Origin: Arenicellales bacterium
GTDB lineage: Bacteria > Pseudomonadota > Gammaproteobacteria > Arenicellales > Poriferihabitantaceae
NCBI GenBank assembly: GCA_963663315.1
Contig: OY760176.1
Location: forward strand, 69,822 to 133,821
Direction of reading: 5' to 3'
Length of the DNA: 64,000 nucleotides
This document shows positions 46,628 to 56,096 of this stretch, one piece after another. The notes under the pieces are model-generated. The model was not told where the DNA came from. It did no database searches and worked only from the letters and a program-made list of their open reading frames with translations. The translations under genes and the position numbers were made by a program. Each line of letters begins with the position of its first letter. Position 1 is the first letter of the stretch.

Positions 46628-47962
46628 ATGACTGACGAAATCGATCAATCCGTGACCAATGAATCCGTGGAAGAATCTGTCGAAGATACTGCCGTAGAAG
46701 TTTCTTTCCATGATACTCCAATGCTCGATGAACTGGAGAATGGCCCCTGGCCGAGTTTTATATCCGGCATCAAAAAACTTCGTAACGATCATGAGGATGA
46801 GCGCGTCAACGGCGTAGCCAATGATCTGTTGGGGCAACTCGAACATTCCTACGAGACCAGAAAGGGTTACTGGAAAGGTGGCACCGTCAGTGTCTATGGT
46901 TATGGCAGTGGAATTATTCCAAGGTTCTCTGAAGTCGGCGATCAATTCCCGAAATCCAGAGAGTTTCACACACTTCGGGTGCAGCCGCCGGCCGGCAATC
47001 ATTACACGACCGATATTCTGCGCGAGCTTGCGGACAGTTGGGAAAAATGGGGTTCCGGCCTGGTGACTTTCCATGGTCAAACCGGAAACATCATGTTCAT
47101 CGGGGCTTCGACTAAAAATACGCAACATTTCTTCGATGAAATAAACGAATACGGATTCGATCTCGGTGGTGCGGGTCCTTGTGTTCGAACCGCGATGTCC
47201 TGTGTCGGCGCCGCGCGATGCGAACAGTCGTGCGCCAATGAGCAGAAGTTGCACAGAACCCTGGTCAACAACTTTACCGATGATGTGCACCGACCGGCAC
47301 TGCCCTATAAATTCAAATTCAAGATTTCCGGTTGTCCGAATGATTGCACCAATTCGATTGAACGCGCTGACTTTGCGGTGATCGGAACGTGGCGGGATGA
47401 CATCAGGGTCGACATGCCGGAATGGAAGAAATATGTCGAAGAGAAGGGTCGCAAGCATGTGATCGACAACATAATTACCCGATGCCCGACCTCGTGCCTT
47501 TCCCTGAAGGATGATGACACACTGGAAATCGAAAATGCGGATTGTGTCAAATGCATGCATTGTCTGAATGTGGTGCCCAAGGCACTCAGCCCCGGCGTAG
47601 ATAAAGGGGTTACCGTCCTGATTGGTGGCAAACGGACGCTTAAGATCGGCGATCTGATGGGAACCGTCATTGTTCCATTTATGGAAATGAAAAGTGATGA
47701 AGATTATGAGCGGATTGTTGAACTGGCGGAAGAAACCATCGAGTTCTGGGCGGAGAATGGTCTGGAACATGAGCGCTGCGGTGAAATGATTGAGCGGATC
47801 GGACTGGTCAATTTTCTCGAGGGTATCGGTGTTGATGTCGATCCGAACATGATTGCCCATCCAAGGGAGAGTTCCTACGTCAGAACCGATGGCTGGGATG
47901 ATGAAGCGAAAGCATGGTTCAGGAAGCGTGCGGAGAAACGTGCGGCTGCTCAGACAAACTAG
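46628..47962 (+). CDS. dsrA: Dissimilatory sulfite reductase alpha subunit (oxidative-type operon context)
   Basis: 444 aa. LDELENGPWPSF, siroheme/FeS Cys clusters CVRTAMSCVGAARCEQSC, ferredoxin-domain CPTSC...CVKCMHC. Has an acidic extension of about 28 aa at the N-terminus. Confidence 0.95.
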   Translation: MTDEIDQSVTNESVEESVEDTAVEVSFHDTPMLDELENGPWPSFISGIKKLRNDHEDERVNGVANDLLGQLEHSYETRKGYWKGGTVSVYGYGSGIIPRFSEVGDQFPKSREFHTLRVQPPAGNHYTTDILRELADSWEKWGSGLVTFHGQTGNIMFIGASTKNTQHFFDEINEYGFDLGGAGPCVRTAMSCVGAARCEQSCANEQKLHRTLVNNFTDDVHRPALPYKFKFKISGCPNDCTNSIERADFAVIGTWRDDIRVDMPEWKKYVEEKGRKHVIDNIITRCPTSCLSLKDDDTLEIENADCVKCMHCLNVVPKALSPGVDKGVTVLIGGKRTLKIGDLMGTVIVPFMEMKSDEDYERIVELAEETIEFWAENGLEHERCGEMIERIGLVNFLEGIGVDVDPNMIAHPRESSYVRTDGWDDEAKAWFRKRAEKRAAAQTN

Positions 47963-47980
47963 ATACCGGGAGACAGAACA

Positions 47981-49054
47981 ATGGCCAGACAAATGAGAAT
48001 GCCCATCGAATCGGGTTGTCCCGACGGGTTTCAGTATATGCATCCTGTGATGATACGCAACTTCGGACAATGGCAATGGCATGACCATCCACGACCTGGC
48101 GTGCTCAGACATGCAGCGGAGAGTGGTGAGCAGGTATGGACGGTTAAAGCGGGTACCCAGCGAATACTGGATGTCTATACGCTGCGCAAGCTTTGTGACA
48201 TCGGTGACGCGTTTGCCGATGGGCATCTGCGATTTACCATCCGCTCCAACATTGAATATTTCGTCGAAGACGAAGCGAAGGTTGAACCGCTGATCGAAGC
48301 GCTGGAAAAAGCAGGCTTTGTCGTCGGCGGAACCGCAAACTCCCTGGCTATGATCTCGCATACCCAGGGCTGGCTGCATTGCGATATTCCGGGCACCGAT
48401 GCCTCGGGTGTGGTGAAAGCGATGATGGATGAATTGATCGACGAGTTCAAGAATTGCGAAATGCCGAATCGGGTACACATGACCACCTCCTGCTGCCAGG
48501 TAAACTGTGGAGGTCAGGGTGACATAGCAATCAATATCCAACATACCAAGCCACCGCGAATCAATCACGATCTGGTATCCAATGTCTGCGAGCGCCCTTC
48601 GGTAGTGGCCCGCTGTCCGGTGGCGGCGATCCGCCCGGCGGTGGTGAATGGGAAACCGACCCTCGAAGTCGATGAGAAAAAATGTATCTGCTGTGGCGCG
48701 TGTTATCCGCCTTGTCCGCCGATGCAGATCAATGACCCTGAACATACCAAACTTGCGGTCTGGGTCGGCGGCAACCATTCGAATGCCAGATCAAAACCGA
48801 GTTTCCAGAAACTGGTGGCCGCCGGTATTCCGAACAATCCGCCGCGTTGGCCGGAAGCGACAGCAATCGTGAAACAGATTTTACGGACTTACAAGGAAGA
48901 TGCGAAAGACTGGGAGCGGATGAACGACTGGATTGATCGAATCGGCTGGCCACGGTTTTTCGAGCGTACCGGCCTGCCGTTCACCAAATACCACATCGAT
49001 CACTGGCGTGGATCGCGCAGGAGTCTGAATTCATCTACGCATATTCGGCTGTAG
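47981..49054 (+). CDS. dsrB: Dissimilatory sulfite reductase beta subunit
   Basis: 357 aa. HTQGWLHCDIP, TSCCQVNCGG, and the CICCGACYPPCP ferredoxin insert. Confidence 0.95.
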   Translation: MARQMRMPIESGCPDGFQYMHPVMIRNFGQWQWHDHPRPGVLRHAAESGEQVWTVKAGTQRILDVYTLRKLCDIGDAFADGHLRFTIRSNIEYFVEDEAKVEPLIEALEKAGFVVGGTANSLAMISHTQGWLHCDIPGTDASGVVKAMMDELIDEFKNCEMPNRVHMTTSCCQVNCGGQGDIAINIQHTKPPRINHDLVSNVCERPSVVARCPVAAIRPAVVNGKPTLEVDEKKCICCGACYPPCPPMQINDPEHTKLAVWVGGNHSNARSKPSFQKLVAAGIPNNPPRWPEATAIVKQILRTYKEDAKDWERMNDWIDRIGWPRFFERTGLPFTKYHIDHWRGSRRSLNSSTHIRL

Positions 49055-49100
49055 TGTATCAACTATAATATCTGATTTAATATTTGACCGGAAAAATAAA

Positions 49101-49433
49101 ATGGGTATAGAACTTGGTGGGCGCAGTTATGACACTGATGAGGAGGGCTACCTCGCAAATCTGTCTGACTGGAGTCCTGAGATAGCGGGCCTGATGGCCA
49201 AACTGGATGATTGCGACCTGGGTGAACATCACTGGGAGGTGATCAATTTTCTGCGTAATTATTACGAAGAATATCAAATCGCTCCTGCAGTCCGGGTGTT
49301 GACCAAGTCGATTGGCAGAACACTGGGAAAAGATAAGGGTAACAGCAAATATCTTTATCAACTGTTCCCTTATGGGCCGGCCAAACAGGCCTGTAAATAT
49401 GCCGGACTGCCAAAGCCAACAGGCTGCGTCTAG
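49101..49433 (+). CDS. dsrC: DsrC sulfur-carrier protein
   Basis: 110 aa. The C-terminal arm QACKYAGLPKPTGCV carries both conserved cysteines. HWEVINFLRNYY is also present. Confidence 0.93.
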   Translation: MGIELGGRSYDTDEEGYLANLSDWSPEIAGLMAKLDDCDLGEHHWEVINFLRNYYEEYQIAPAVRVLTKSIGRTLGKDKGNSKYLYQLFPYGPAKQACKYAGLPKPTGCV

Positions 49434-49447
49434 TCAGTTTCCTGCGC

Positions 49448-50185
49448 GTGACAATGTCGGCAATAACGATCATCTATGCAGTGATGTTCTATATCGCCAC
49501 TGCGGTGCTGGTGATTGGTACAAGTCGCAAGATAATTCAGTATTCACGCACTCCGGCGCCGCTTAAAATTCCGACAACCCCGGCACCGATCACCAAAACA
49601 GGTGTGGTTGCGCGCCTGATTCGTGAAATCGTTTTCTTCGAGAGTCTGTTCAAGGGCAGCAAGTGGAGCTGGTTATTCGGGTGGTTGTTTCATTTTGGTC
49701 TGCTGGTCGTGGCTATCCGCCATCTGCGGTATTTCACCGAACCGGTCTGGGGGGTGGCTGTGCTGACTGCGGATATCGGCGTTTATATGGGCTGGGTCAT
49801 GATTTTCGGGTTACTGGGATTGCTGATTCGCCGGATCGGGGTGGACCGTATTCGTTATATTTCTGCTCCATCCGATTATCTGATGCTGCTGCTGATTATC
49901 GCCATGGGTGTCAGTGGACTATTGGTGAAACATGTTTTTCACAGTGACATTGTCCAGTTGAAAGCCTTTATCTCCGGCTTGATCGTATTCAACTGGCAGC
50001 CATTGCCAGCCGACTTAGGCTTGCTGATTCATCTGGCGCTGGTCATCATCCTGATGTTGATTTTCCCGATCAGTAAATTGCTGCATGCGCCAGGTCTGTT
50101 TTTCAGCCCGACCCGCAACCAGGTCGACAATCCAAGAGAACGGCGCCATGTTGCAAAGTGGGCAGACTCTTCGCCCGGGAATTGA
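49448..50185 (+). CDS. dsrM: DsrM, NarI-like dihaem membrane subunit
   Basis: 245 aa. YSRTPAPLKIPTTPAP N-terminal motif and multiple TM helices. Position is between dsrC and dsrK. Confidence 0.88.
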   Translation: MTMSAITIIYAVMFYIATAVLVIGTSRKIIQYSRTPAPLKIPTTPAPITKTGVVARLIREIVFFESLFKGSKWSWLFGWLFHFGLLVVAIRHLRYFTEPVWGVAVLTADIGVYMGWVMIFGLLGLLIRRIGVDRIRYISAPSDYLMLLLIIAMGVSGLLVKHVFHSDIVQLKAFISGLIVFNWQPLPADLGLLIHLALVIILMLIFPISKLLHAPGLFFSPTRNQVDNPRERRHVAKWADSSPGN

Positions 50186-50238
50186 TGTGTGCGACCGATA
50201 TATGAAGATCAGGGCGATCATGACATGAGAAGCAGAGC

Positions 50239-51732
50239 ATGAAAGTAGATTTCCAGATTCCGGAACTGAAGGAATATCCGGAGATTCCAGTGCTGGTTAA
50301 TGGCGCGATGAAACACAGCCAGCCTTTTGTGGCTAAACCGGAATATCAGGAGCCGCTTGGTTATCCGGGTGAACTGGTTCCCGACTGGCACGATAAGGCG
50401 ATCGAAAAAATGGGGGAATTACTCGACAAGTTCCGTTCCCTGAGGGTATTCATGGATACCTGTGTCAAGTGTGGAGCCTGCACCGATAAATGCCATTACT
50501 ACCTTGGCACCGCAGACCCGAAGAATATGCCGGTGGCCCGTCAGGATCTGATGCGGGCGGTGTACCGGCGTTATTTTACCTTTGCCGGCAGGTATTTCCC
50601 GAAGTTGGTAGGGGCAGTAGATTTGACCGAAGAAGTGATCAGGGACTGGTATCGCTATTTCTATCAGTGTTCGGAATGTCGGCGCTGTTCCGGGTTTTGT
50701 CCGATCGGTATCGATACCGCTGAAGTGACGATGGCGGCGAGGGAAATCCTTGCCCATATCGGGGTAGGACAAAAATACAGTAATGAAATCATCGCCAAAG
50801 TCCACAGGATTGGTAACAACCTGGGACTGCCCGAACCGGCATTGGTGAATACACTGGAAGGACTGGAAGAAGACATTGAAGAGGAAACCGGGATTGCAGT
50901 CAGATTGCCGGTAGACCAGGAAGGCGCAGAGGTATTGCTGGTTACGCCGAGCGCCGATTTTGTCGCCGAGCCGCATATTGACGGGCTGATCGGCTACGCC
51001 AAGGTTTTCCACCGGGCCGGAATTAGCTGGACAGTCAGTTCCTATGCATCCGAAGCGGCCAACTTCGGGGTCTTTACCGGCTCCTATGAACACATGCAAA
51101 AAGTGGCAAACCGGGTGCGTACTGCGGCCCTGGAACTCGGTGTAAAGCGCATTGTGGTGGGTGAATGCGGTCATGCCTGGCGCGTGGCCTACAGTTTCTG
51201 GAACACCCTGATCGGACCTTTTGATTTTCTCGATCAGAACTATCCTGTGCCGCAACATATCTGTGAGCTTACCCATGATCTGATTCAACAGGGCGCTTTG
51301 AAGTTTGATCCTGAAGTGCATGATGACAAGGTGATCACATTCCATGACTCCTGCAATGTTTCGCGGGGATCACGTATGGGTAACATGCCGGGTGGGCAGT
51401 TCATTATCCCGCGGCAGATTATCAAGGCATGCAGTCGCCATTTTGTCGAAATGGCGCCGGATACGATTCGTGAGAATACCTTTTGTTGTGGTGGAGGGGG
51501 CGGGCTGCTGACCGATGATCTGCTGGAACTCAGGGTAAAGGGCGCGATGCCAAGGGCACAGGCGCTGCAACATGTGATTGAAGATCACGGTGTCACCCAC
51601 ATGGCCGCGATTTGTGCCATTTGCAAAAGCCAGTTCACAAAGGTTCTGCCGATGTACGGCATGGACATGGATATGGTGGTCAGTGTGCACCAACTGGTCG
51701 GTGATGCGCTGATCATGCAGACCGAGCACTAG
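50239..51732 (+). CDS. dsrK: DsrK, HdrD-like FeS/CCG-domain subunit
   Basis: 497 aa. CVKCGACTDKC and CSECRRCSGFCP ferredoxin motifs. CCG-type Cys (FCCGGGGG, CxxC). Confidence 0.9.
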   Translation: MKVDFQIPELKEYPEIPVLVNGAMKHSQPFVAKPEYQEPLGYPGELVPDWHDKAIEKMGELLDKFRSLRVFMDTCVKCGACTDKCHYYLGTADPKNMPVARQDLMRAVYRRYFTFAGRYFPKLVGAVDLTEEVIRDWYRYFYQCSECRRCSGFCPIGIDTAEVTMAAREILAHIGVGQKYSNEIIAKVHRIGNNLGLPEPALVNTLEGLEEDIEEETGIAVRLPVDQEGAEVLLVTPSADFVAEPHIDGLIGYAKVFHRAGISWTVSSYASEAANFGVFTGSYEHMQKVANRVRTAALELGVKRIVVGECGHAWRVAYSFWNTLIGPFDFLDQNYPVPQHICELTHDLIQQGALKFDPEVHDDKVITFHDSCNVSRGSRMGNMPGGQFIIPRQIIKACSRHFVEMAPDTIRENTFCCGGGGGLLTDDLLELRVKGAMPRAQALQHVIEDHGVTHMAAICAICKSQFTKVLPMYGMDMDMVVSVHQLVGDALIMQTEH

Positions 51733-51765
51733 AGATGATGACATTATATAAGTCCGGAAGCTGAA

Positions 51766-53718
51766 ATGTCAAAAGCAACAGAGCAGGAAAAAAAGCCTAC
51801 CTTCAGGAAATTCAGGGAGGGTGCGTTCAAGTGGGCAAACTATCAGGACGATATCTTTAATGAAGACACCTCCCACAAATGCCCCACTTATGTTAATCGC
51901 ACGCCGCCGTGCCAGGGCAGTTGCCCTTCAGGCGAAGATATTCGGGGGTGGTTGCAGATTATCCGTGGTATTGAAAAGCCGCCAGTCGACATGAGTTGGC
52001 AAGAGTATGCATTTCGTCGCTCGACCGATGCCAATCCATTCCCCTCGATGATGGGTCGGGTATGTCCCGCCCCTTGTGAAGCGGGCTGTAACCGCAATGA
52101 CGTGGATGACTTTGTCGGCATCAATGCAGTCGAACAATTCATTGGTGATACCGCTGTTGAGGAAAACTTCAGGTATGAGACTGCGCCACCTCTCAATCAA
52201 CAGCGTGTTGCCGTCATTGGCGGCGGGCCGGCCGGGCTGGCAGCGGCTTATCAGTTAAGGCGGAAAGGCTATGGCTCGGTGATTATCGAGAGGCAGGCGG
52301 AGCTTGGTGGTATGTTCCGTTACGGGATTCCGGGATATCGAACGCCAAGGAGTGTACTTGATCACGAGATCCAGCGGATACTGGATCTCGACGGTATTGA
52401 GGTCAGATTGAATACGCGAGTGGGTACCGACATCACTGTGCAGCAACTCGAAAATGACTATGATGCAATCATCTGGGCGATTGGCTGCCAAAGCGGCAAC
52501 GGTTTGCCTCTTAAAGGCTGGGATGACGCACCGAATTGTGTCAGTGGCGTTGCCTTCCTGGAAGCTTTCAATAAGGGCCACATGAAGATCACGGCTGAAA
52601 AGGTGGTTTGTGTCGGCGGCGGCGATACTTCGATCGACGTGGTTTCGGTGGCTCGTAGATTGGGCAAGATAGTGAATATCAATCAGAAGGATCGTCCAGA
52701 GGAAGTCATTGGCGGGTACACGGCCCATGATGCGGCGATGGTTGCACGCAGGCAGGGTTGCGATGTGACCCTGACCGCGTTGTTCAAGCGCCAGAATATG
52801 ACGGCATCGGAAATCGAGGTGGAGGACGCCACCACGGAAGGTGTCAATATCATTGATGGCGTGATGCCGGTTGAAATATTGATTGGTGACACTGGCAGAG
52901 CGGTCGGACTGAAGATGACGCAGTGTGAAATGGATAATAAAGGTGCGCCTGTGGCTGTCGAGGGTACGGAATTCGAGTTGGAAGCGGATTTGATCGTCTC
53001 TGCAATCGGACAGGGCGGTGATCTTGAAGGTATCGAGGATCTGGGTAACCAGCGAAACCTGATCAATGCCGATCCCGGTTTCCGGGTGCCTGACCGGCCA
53101 GGACATTTTGTTGCAGGAGATATTGTTCGTCCCCATTTGTTGACCACTGCGATCGGTCAAGCCTCCATCGCTGCGGCTAGCGCAATCGGTTATATGGCAG
53201 GGAACGACCCATCGAAACGCCCCAGGGTGGATGTGCATCACTTCAATTTGCTGAACAAATTGAACGAGCAGGGCCTGGAGGTGAGTGAATACGACAAAAG
53301 CCAGGTGCATGGTACCGATAGCGCCGGATTTGCGGTACATAATTACGAGGATCGTTCCGCCAATGAAATCATTTCATCAGACGATTTGTTTCTTGCCCAC
53401 TTTAAACCTTCAGCCCGAAATAAACGGACCTCGGTGGTGCCCGATGCGGATCAGGTTCTAGGGCACTTCGAGGAACGTCACATGATCCTCAGCGAAGAAC
53501 AGGCAGTGGCGGAGTCGAAGCGATGTATGAGTTGCGGCATGTGTTTTGAGTGCAATAATTGTGTGATCTACTGCCCGCAAATAGCGGTTTTCCGCGTCAA
53601 GAAAGACAAAGCCACGCTCGGTCGTTATGTCGATACCGACTACAGCAAATGCATTGGCTGTCATATCTGTGCCGATGTCTGCCCCTCTGGATATATTGAC
53701 ATGGGTCTCGGAAAATAA
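51766..53718 (+). CDS. dsrL: DsrL, GltD-like NAD(P)H:acceptor oxidoreductase with a C-terminal ferredoxin domain
   Basis: 650 aa. VAVIGGGPAGLAAA and VVCVGGGDTSID dinucleotide folds. CMSCGMCFECNNCVIYCP and CIGCHICADVCP clusters. Confidence 0.9.
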   Translation: MSKATEQEKKPTFRKFREGAFKWANYQDDIFNEDTSHKCPTYVNRTPPCQGSCPSGEDIRGWLQIIRGIEKPPVDMSWQEYAFRRSTDANPFPSMMGRVCPAPCEAGCNRNDVDDFVGINAVEQFIGDTAVEENFRYETAPPLNQQRVAVIGGGPAGLAAAYQLRRKGYGSVIIERQAELGGMFRYGIPGYRTPRSVLDHEIQRILDLDGIEVRLNTRVGTDITVQQLENDYDAIIWAIGCQSGNGLPLKGWDDAPNCVSGVAFLEAFNKGHMKITAEKVVCVGGGDTSIDVVSVARRLGKIVNINQKDRPEEVIGGYTAHDAAMVARRQGCDVTLTALFKRQNMTASEIEVEDATTEGVNIIDGVMPVEILIGDTGRAVGLKMTQCEMDNKGAPVAVEGTEFELEADLIVSAIGQGGDLEGIEDLGNQRNLINADPGFRVPDRPGHFVAGDIVRPHLLTTAIGQASIAAASAIGYMAGNDPSKRPRVDVHHFNLLNKLNEQGLEVSEYDKSQVHGTDSAGFAVHNYEDRSANEIISSDDLFLAHFKPSARNKRTSVVPDADQVLGHFEERHMILSEEQAVAESKRCMSCGMCFECNNCVIYCPQIAVFRVKKDKATLGRYVDTDYSKCIGCHICADVCPSGYIDMGLGK

Positions 53719-53739
53719 GATCAGGGCAGTGGACTGATC

Positions 53740-54141
53740 ATGATATTTTTCTTTCGAATGGCAGGACTGGTTGTGATATCTGGTATGATCGGCCTGTCTC
53801 ACTCATCCCGGTCTTATGATCAACCGCCGCAGTCAGTTCTGGATATCCCGAAGGCGGCCAAGGGTGAAAGCTGTGTTGCACCGGTTGAAGAGATGCGACG
53901 GAACCACATGGAGATGCTTTTCCACCAGCGTGATCAAACCATGTATTTTGGTGTGCGTGATGCCAAAAACAGCCTGATCGGGTGTCTATCCTGTCATACC
54001 CGGAAAGATGCCGGGGGGAAATACATTCCGATCAATGCCCCCGGCCAGTTCTGTCAGGAATGCCATTCCTATACGGCAGTAAAGATGGACTGTTTTCAAT
54101 GCCATGCCACCACTCCTGTGCGGACGACTTCCAATAAATGA
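53740..54141 (+). CDS. dsrJ: DsrJ, trihaem cytochrome c
   Basis: 133 aa with a signal peptide and three CxxCH motifs (CLSCH, CQECH, CFQCH). Confidence 0.9.
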   Translation: MIFFFRMAGLVVISGMIGLSHSSRSYDQPPQSVLDIPKAAKGESCVAPVEEMRRNHMEMLFHQRDQTMYFGVRDAKNSLIGCLSCHTRKDAGGKYIPINAPGQFCQECHSYTAVKMDCFQCHATTPVRTTSNK

Positions 54142-54878
54142 GTACTTTGAGCAAGCCCACCCACTCGCGCAGGACAGTCCTGAAAAAGTCCGGTATCTTA
54201 CTTGCCGGTCTGGTATCAGGGATAAAGCTGGTTGACCTTGCGATGGCGGCCACAAAGACCGAAGCAAGCGACCAGCTTGTCCGATGGGGCATGCTGGTAG
54301 ATGCAACCCGGTGCGCGGACGGTTGTACCGACTGTGTCGATGCCTGCAATACGGAACACGGACTGACCGGCAAAGGCCGCCCTCAGACCGATGCACAGTA
54401 TATTCGTATCGTTGATCTGAAGGATAAATCCACCGGGCATACATCTTCACTGCCGTTGATGTGCCAGCATTGTGAAACAGCGCCGTGTGTCGATGTCTGC
54501 CCGACCGGGGCATCTTTTCGAAGAGAGGATGGGGTTGTACTGGTGGATAAACACACTTGCATTGGCTGTCGCTATTGCATGTTGGCCTGTCCCTACAAAG
54601 CGCGTTCGTTCATTCACGAAAATCTCACCGATCAGGTACCAACCACCCCCCGTGGCAAGGGCACGGTGGAGTCCTGCAATTTTTGCACTCAACGGGTTGA
54701 TCGTGGCGGAACCCCTGCCTGTGTTGAAGCCTGTGATGCCAACGGTCACAAGGCCCTGGTGTTTGGTGATATGAATGACCCGGATAGCGAGTTGTCCAGA
54801 CAGCTACGGGAAAAATCCTCTGTGCAAATTCGTGCAGACCTCAACCTCAATACCGGGGTGCGTTACCATGGTGTTTGA
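54138..54878 (+). CDS. dsrO: DsrO, periplasmic FeS protein
   Basis: 246 aa. Tat signal SRRTVLKK and several CxxCxxCxxxCP ferredoxin motifs. Confidence 0.9.
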   Translation: MSTLSKPTHSRRTVLKKSGILLAGLVSGIKLVDLAMAATKTEASDQLVRWGMLVDATRCADGCTDCVDACNTEHGLTGKGRPQTDAQYIRIVDLKDKSTGHTSSLPLMCQHCETAPCVDVCPTGASFRREDGVVLVDKHTCIGCRYCMLACPYKARSFIHENLTDQVPTTPRGKGTVESCNFCTQRVDRGGTPACVEACDANGHKALVFGDMNDPDSELSRQLREKSSVQIRADLNLNTGVRYHGV

Positions 54879-54905
54879 CCTGAACCCCTGAGCCACCACC
54901 TGAGC

Positions 54906-56090
54906 TTGATGAAGCGGATCACTTATACCCCTCTGGCATATAATTGCAGGCTGTACTGGATGTTGCTGGCCGGTTTTGCGATCCTGACCTTGAACGGTTT
55001 GTATTTTGCATGGTTCATGGAACATCATGGTCATTGGGTGACCGGTATGAACAATCAGATTGTCTGGGGGTTGCCGCATGTTTTTGCGATTTTTCTGATC
55101 GTCACCGCATCGGGTGTCCTGAACATTGCATCGCTCTCATCCGTGTTTGGAAAACCCGCATACAAGGTATGGGCAAGATTGTCAGGATTGCTTGCGATTA
55201 CCTTGCTGGCTGGAGGTCTGATGGTGCTGGTACTCGACCTCGGTCGACCTGATCGCCTGATCATAGCCATGACCCACTACAACTTCAAATCAATTTTTGC
55301 CTGGAACATTTTTCTCTATACTGGGTTTGTGCTGATTGTCGTGGTCTATCTGTGGATGATGTTCGAGCCGAGGATGGCGCATAAAGTAAACCCGGTGGGC
55401 CGGGTTGCCTTTGTCTGGCGAATCATTCTGACCACCGGGACAGGATCAATCTTCGGGGTGATCGTCGCCCGTCAAGCCTATGATACCGTCATCCTGGTCC
55501 CCTTGTTCATTGCCATGTCATTGAGTCTCGGCGCCGCATTTTTCGTAACTTACCTGTTTGCCTTGAGGCAACCGGCTTTTACCGGTGATTCAGACTTGCT
55601 CCTGAAATTACGGAAGCTGCTGATAATTTTTATCTGTGCGGTTTTGCTGATCACAATGATTTTTCACATTACAAAAGTCTGGGACACGGCGACCCGGGAT
55701 TACGAGCGGTTCATTTTGCTTGACGGCGGTCTGTTGACTGCATTGTTCTGGGCAGGGTCTCTTGTGCTCGGTATGCTGGCGCCGCTTTTGCTGCTTTCGG
55801 GTACGGGCGGCGGCGCTTCGAGCCGAATCCTGTCCGCTTGTGTTCTGCACATTCCGGGCAGCCTGGCTCATCTTTATGTGATCATTATCGGTGGGCAGGC
55901 GTATCCTCTTGTGCTTTTTCAGAACAAGGAGATTTCAAGCAGTTTTTATGATGGCGCTATTGCAGGTTATTGCCCTACATTTGCTGAACTGTCGCTTGGC
56001 CTCGGCGGAATGTCGCTTGCCATTGTTGCAAGTTTGCTGGTGATCAGGGTTTTGCCCTTTTTGCCTGAAAACATCCCATCTCCCGATTAG
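54906..56090 (+). CDS. dsrP: DsrP, NrfD/PsrC-like membrane subunit
   Basis: 394 aa with about 10 TM helices. Position is after dsrO. Confidence 0.88.
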   Translation: MMKRITYTPLAYNCRLYWMLLAGFAILTLNGLYFAWFMEHHGHWVTGMNNQIVWGLPHVFAIFLIVTASGVLNIASLSSVFGKPAYKVWARLSGLLAITLLAGGLMVLVLDLGRPDRLIIAMTHYNFKSIFAWNIFLYTGFVLIVVVYLWMMFEPRMAHKVNPVGRVAFVWRIILTTGTGSIFGVIVARQAYDTVILVPLFIAMSLSLGAAFFVTYLFALRQPAFTGDSDLLLKLRKLLIIFICAVLLITMIFHITKVWDTATRDYERFILLDGGLLTALFWAGSLVLGMLAPLLLLSGTGGGASSRILSACVLHIPGSLAHLYVIIIGGQAYPLVLFQNKEISSSFYDGAIAGYCPTFAELSLGLGGMSLAIVASLLVIRVLPFLPENIPSPD

Positions 56091-56096
56091 CGCCTG

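Noticed and set aside
46550-48778. 742-aa ORF on the minus strand, the longest in the window
   Set aside because: It is entirely antisense to dsrA and dsrB, which carry unmistakable sulfite-reductase motifs, and it is codon-aligned with them. Its openness follows from the absence of TTA, CTA and TCA sense codons. The translation is low-complexity with no recognisable domain.
50419-53340. 308-aa and 361-aa minus-strand ORFs (50419..51345 and 52255..53340)
   Set aside because: They are codon-aligned antisense to dsrK and dsrL, the same artefact as over dsrAB.
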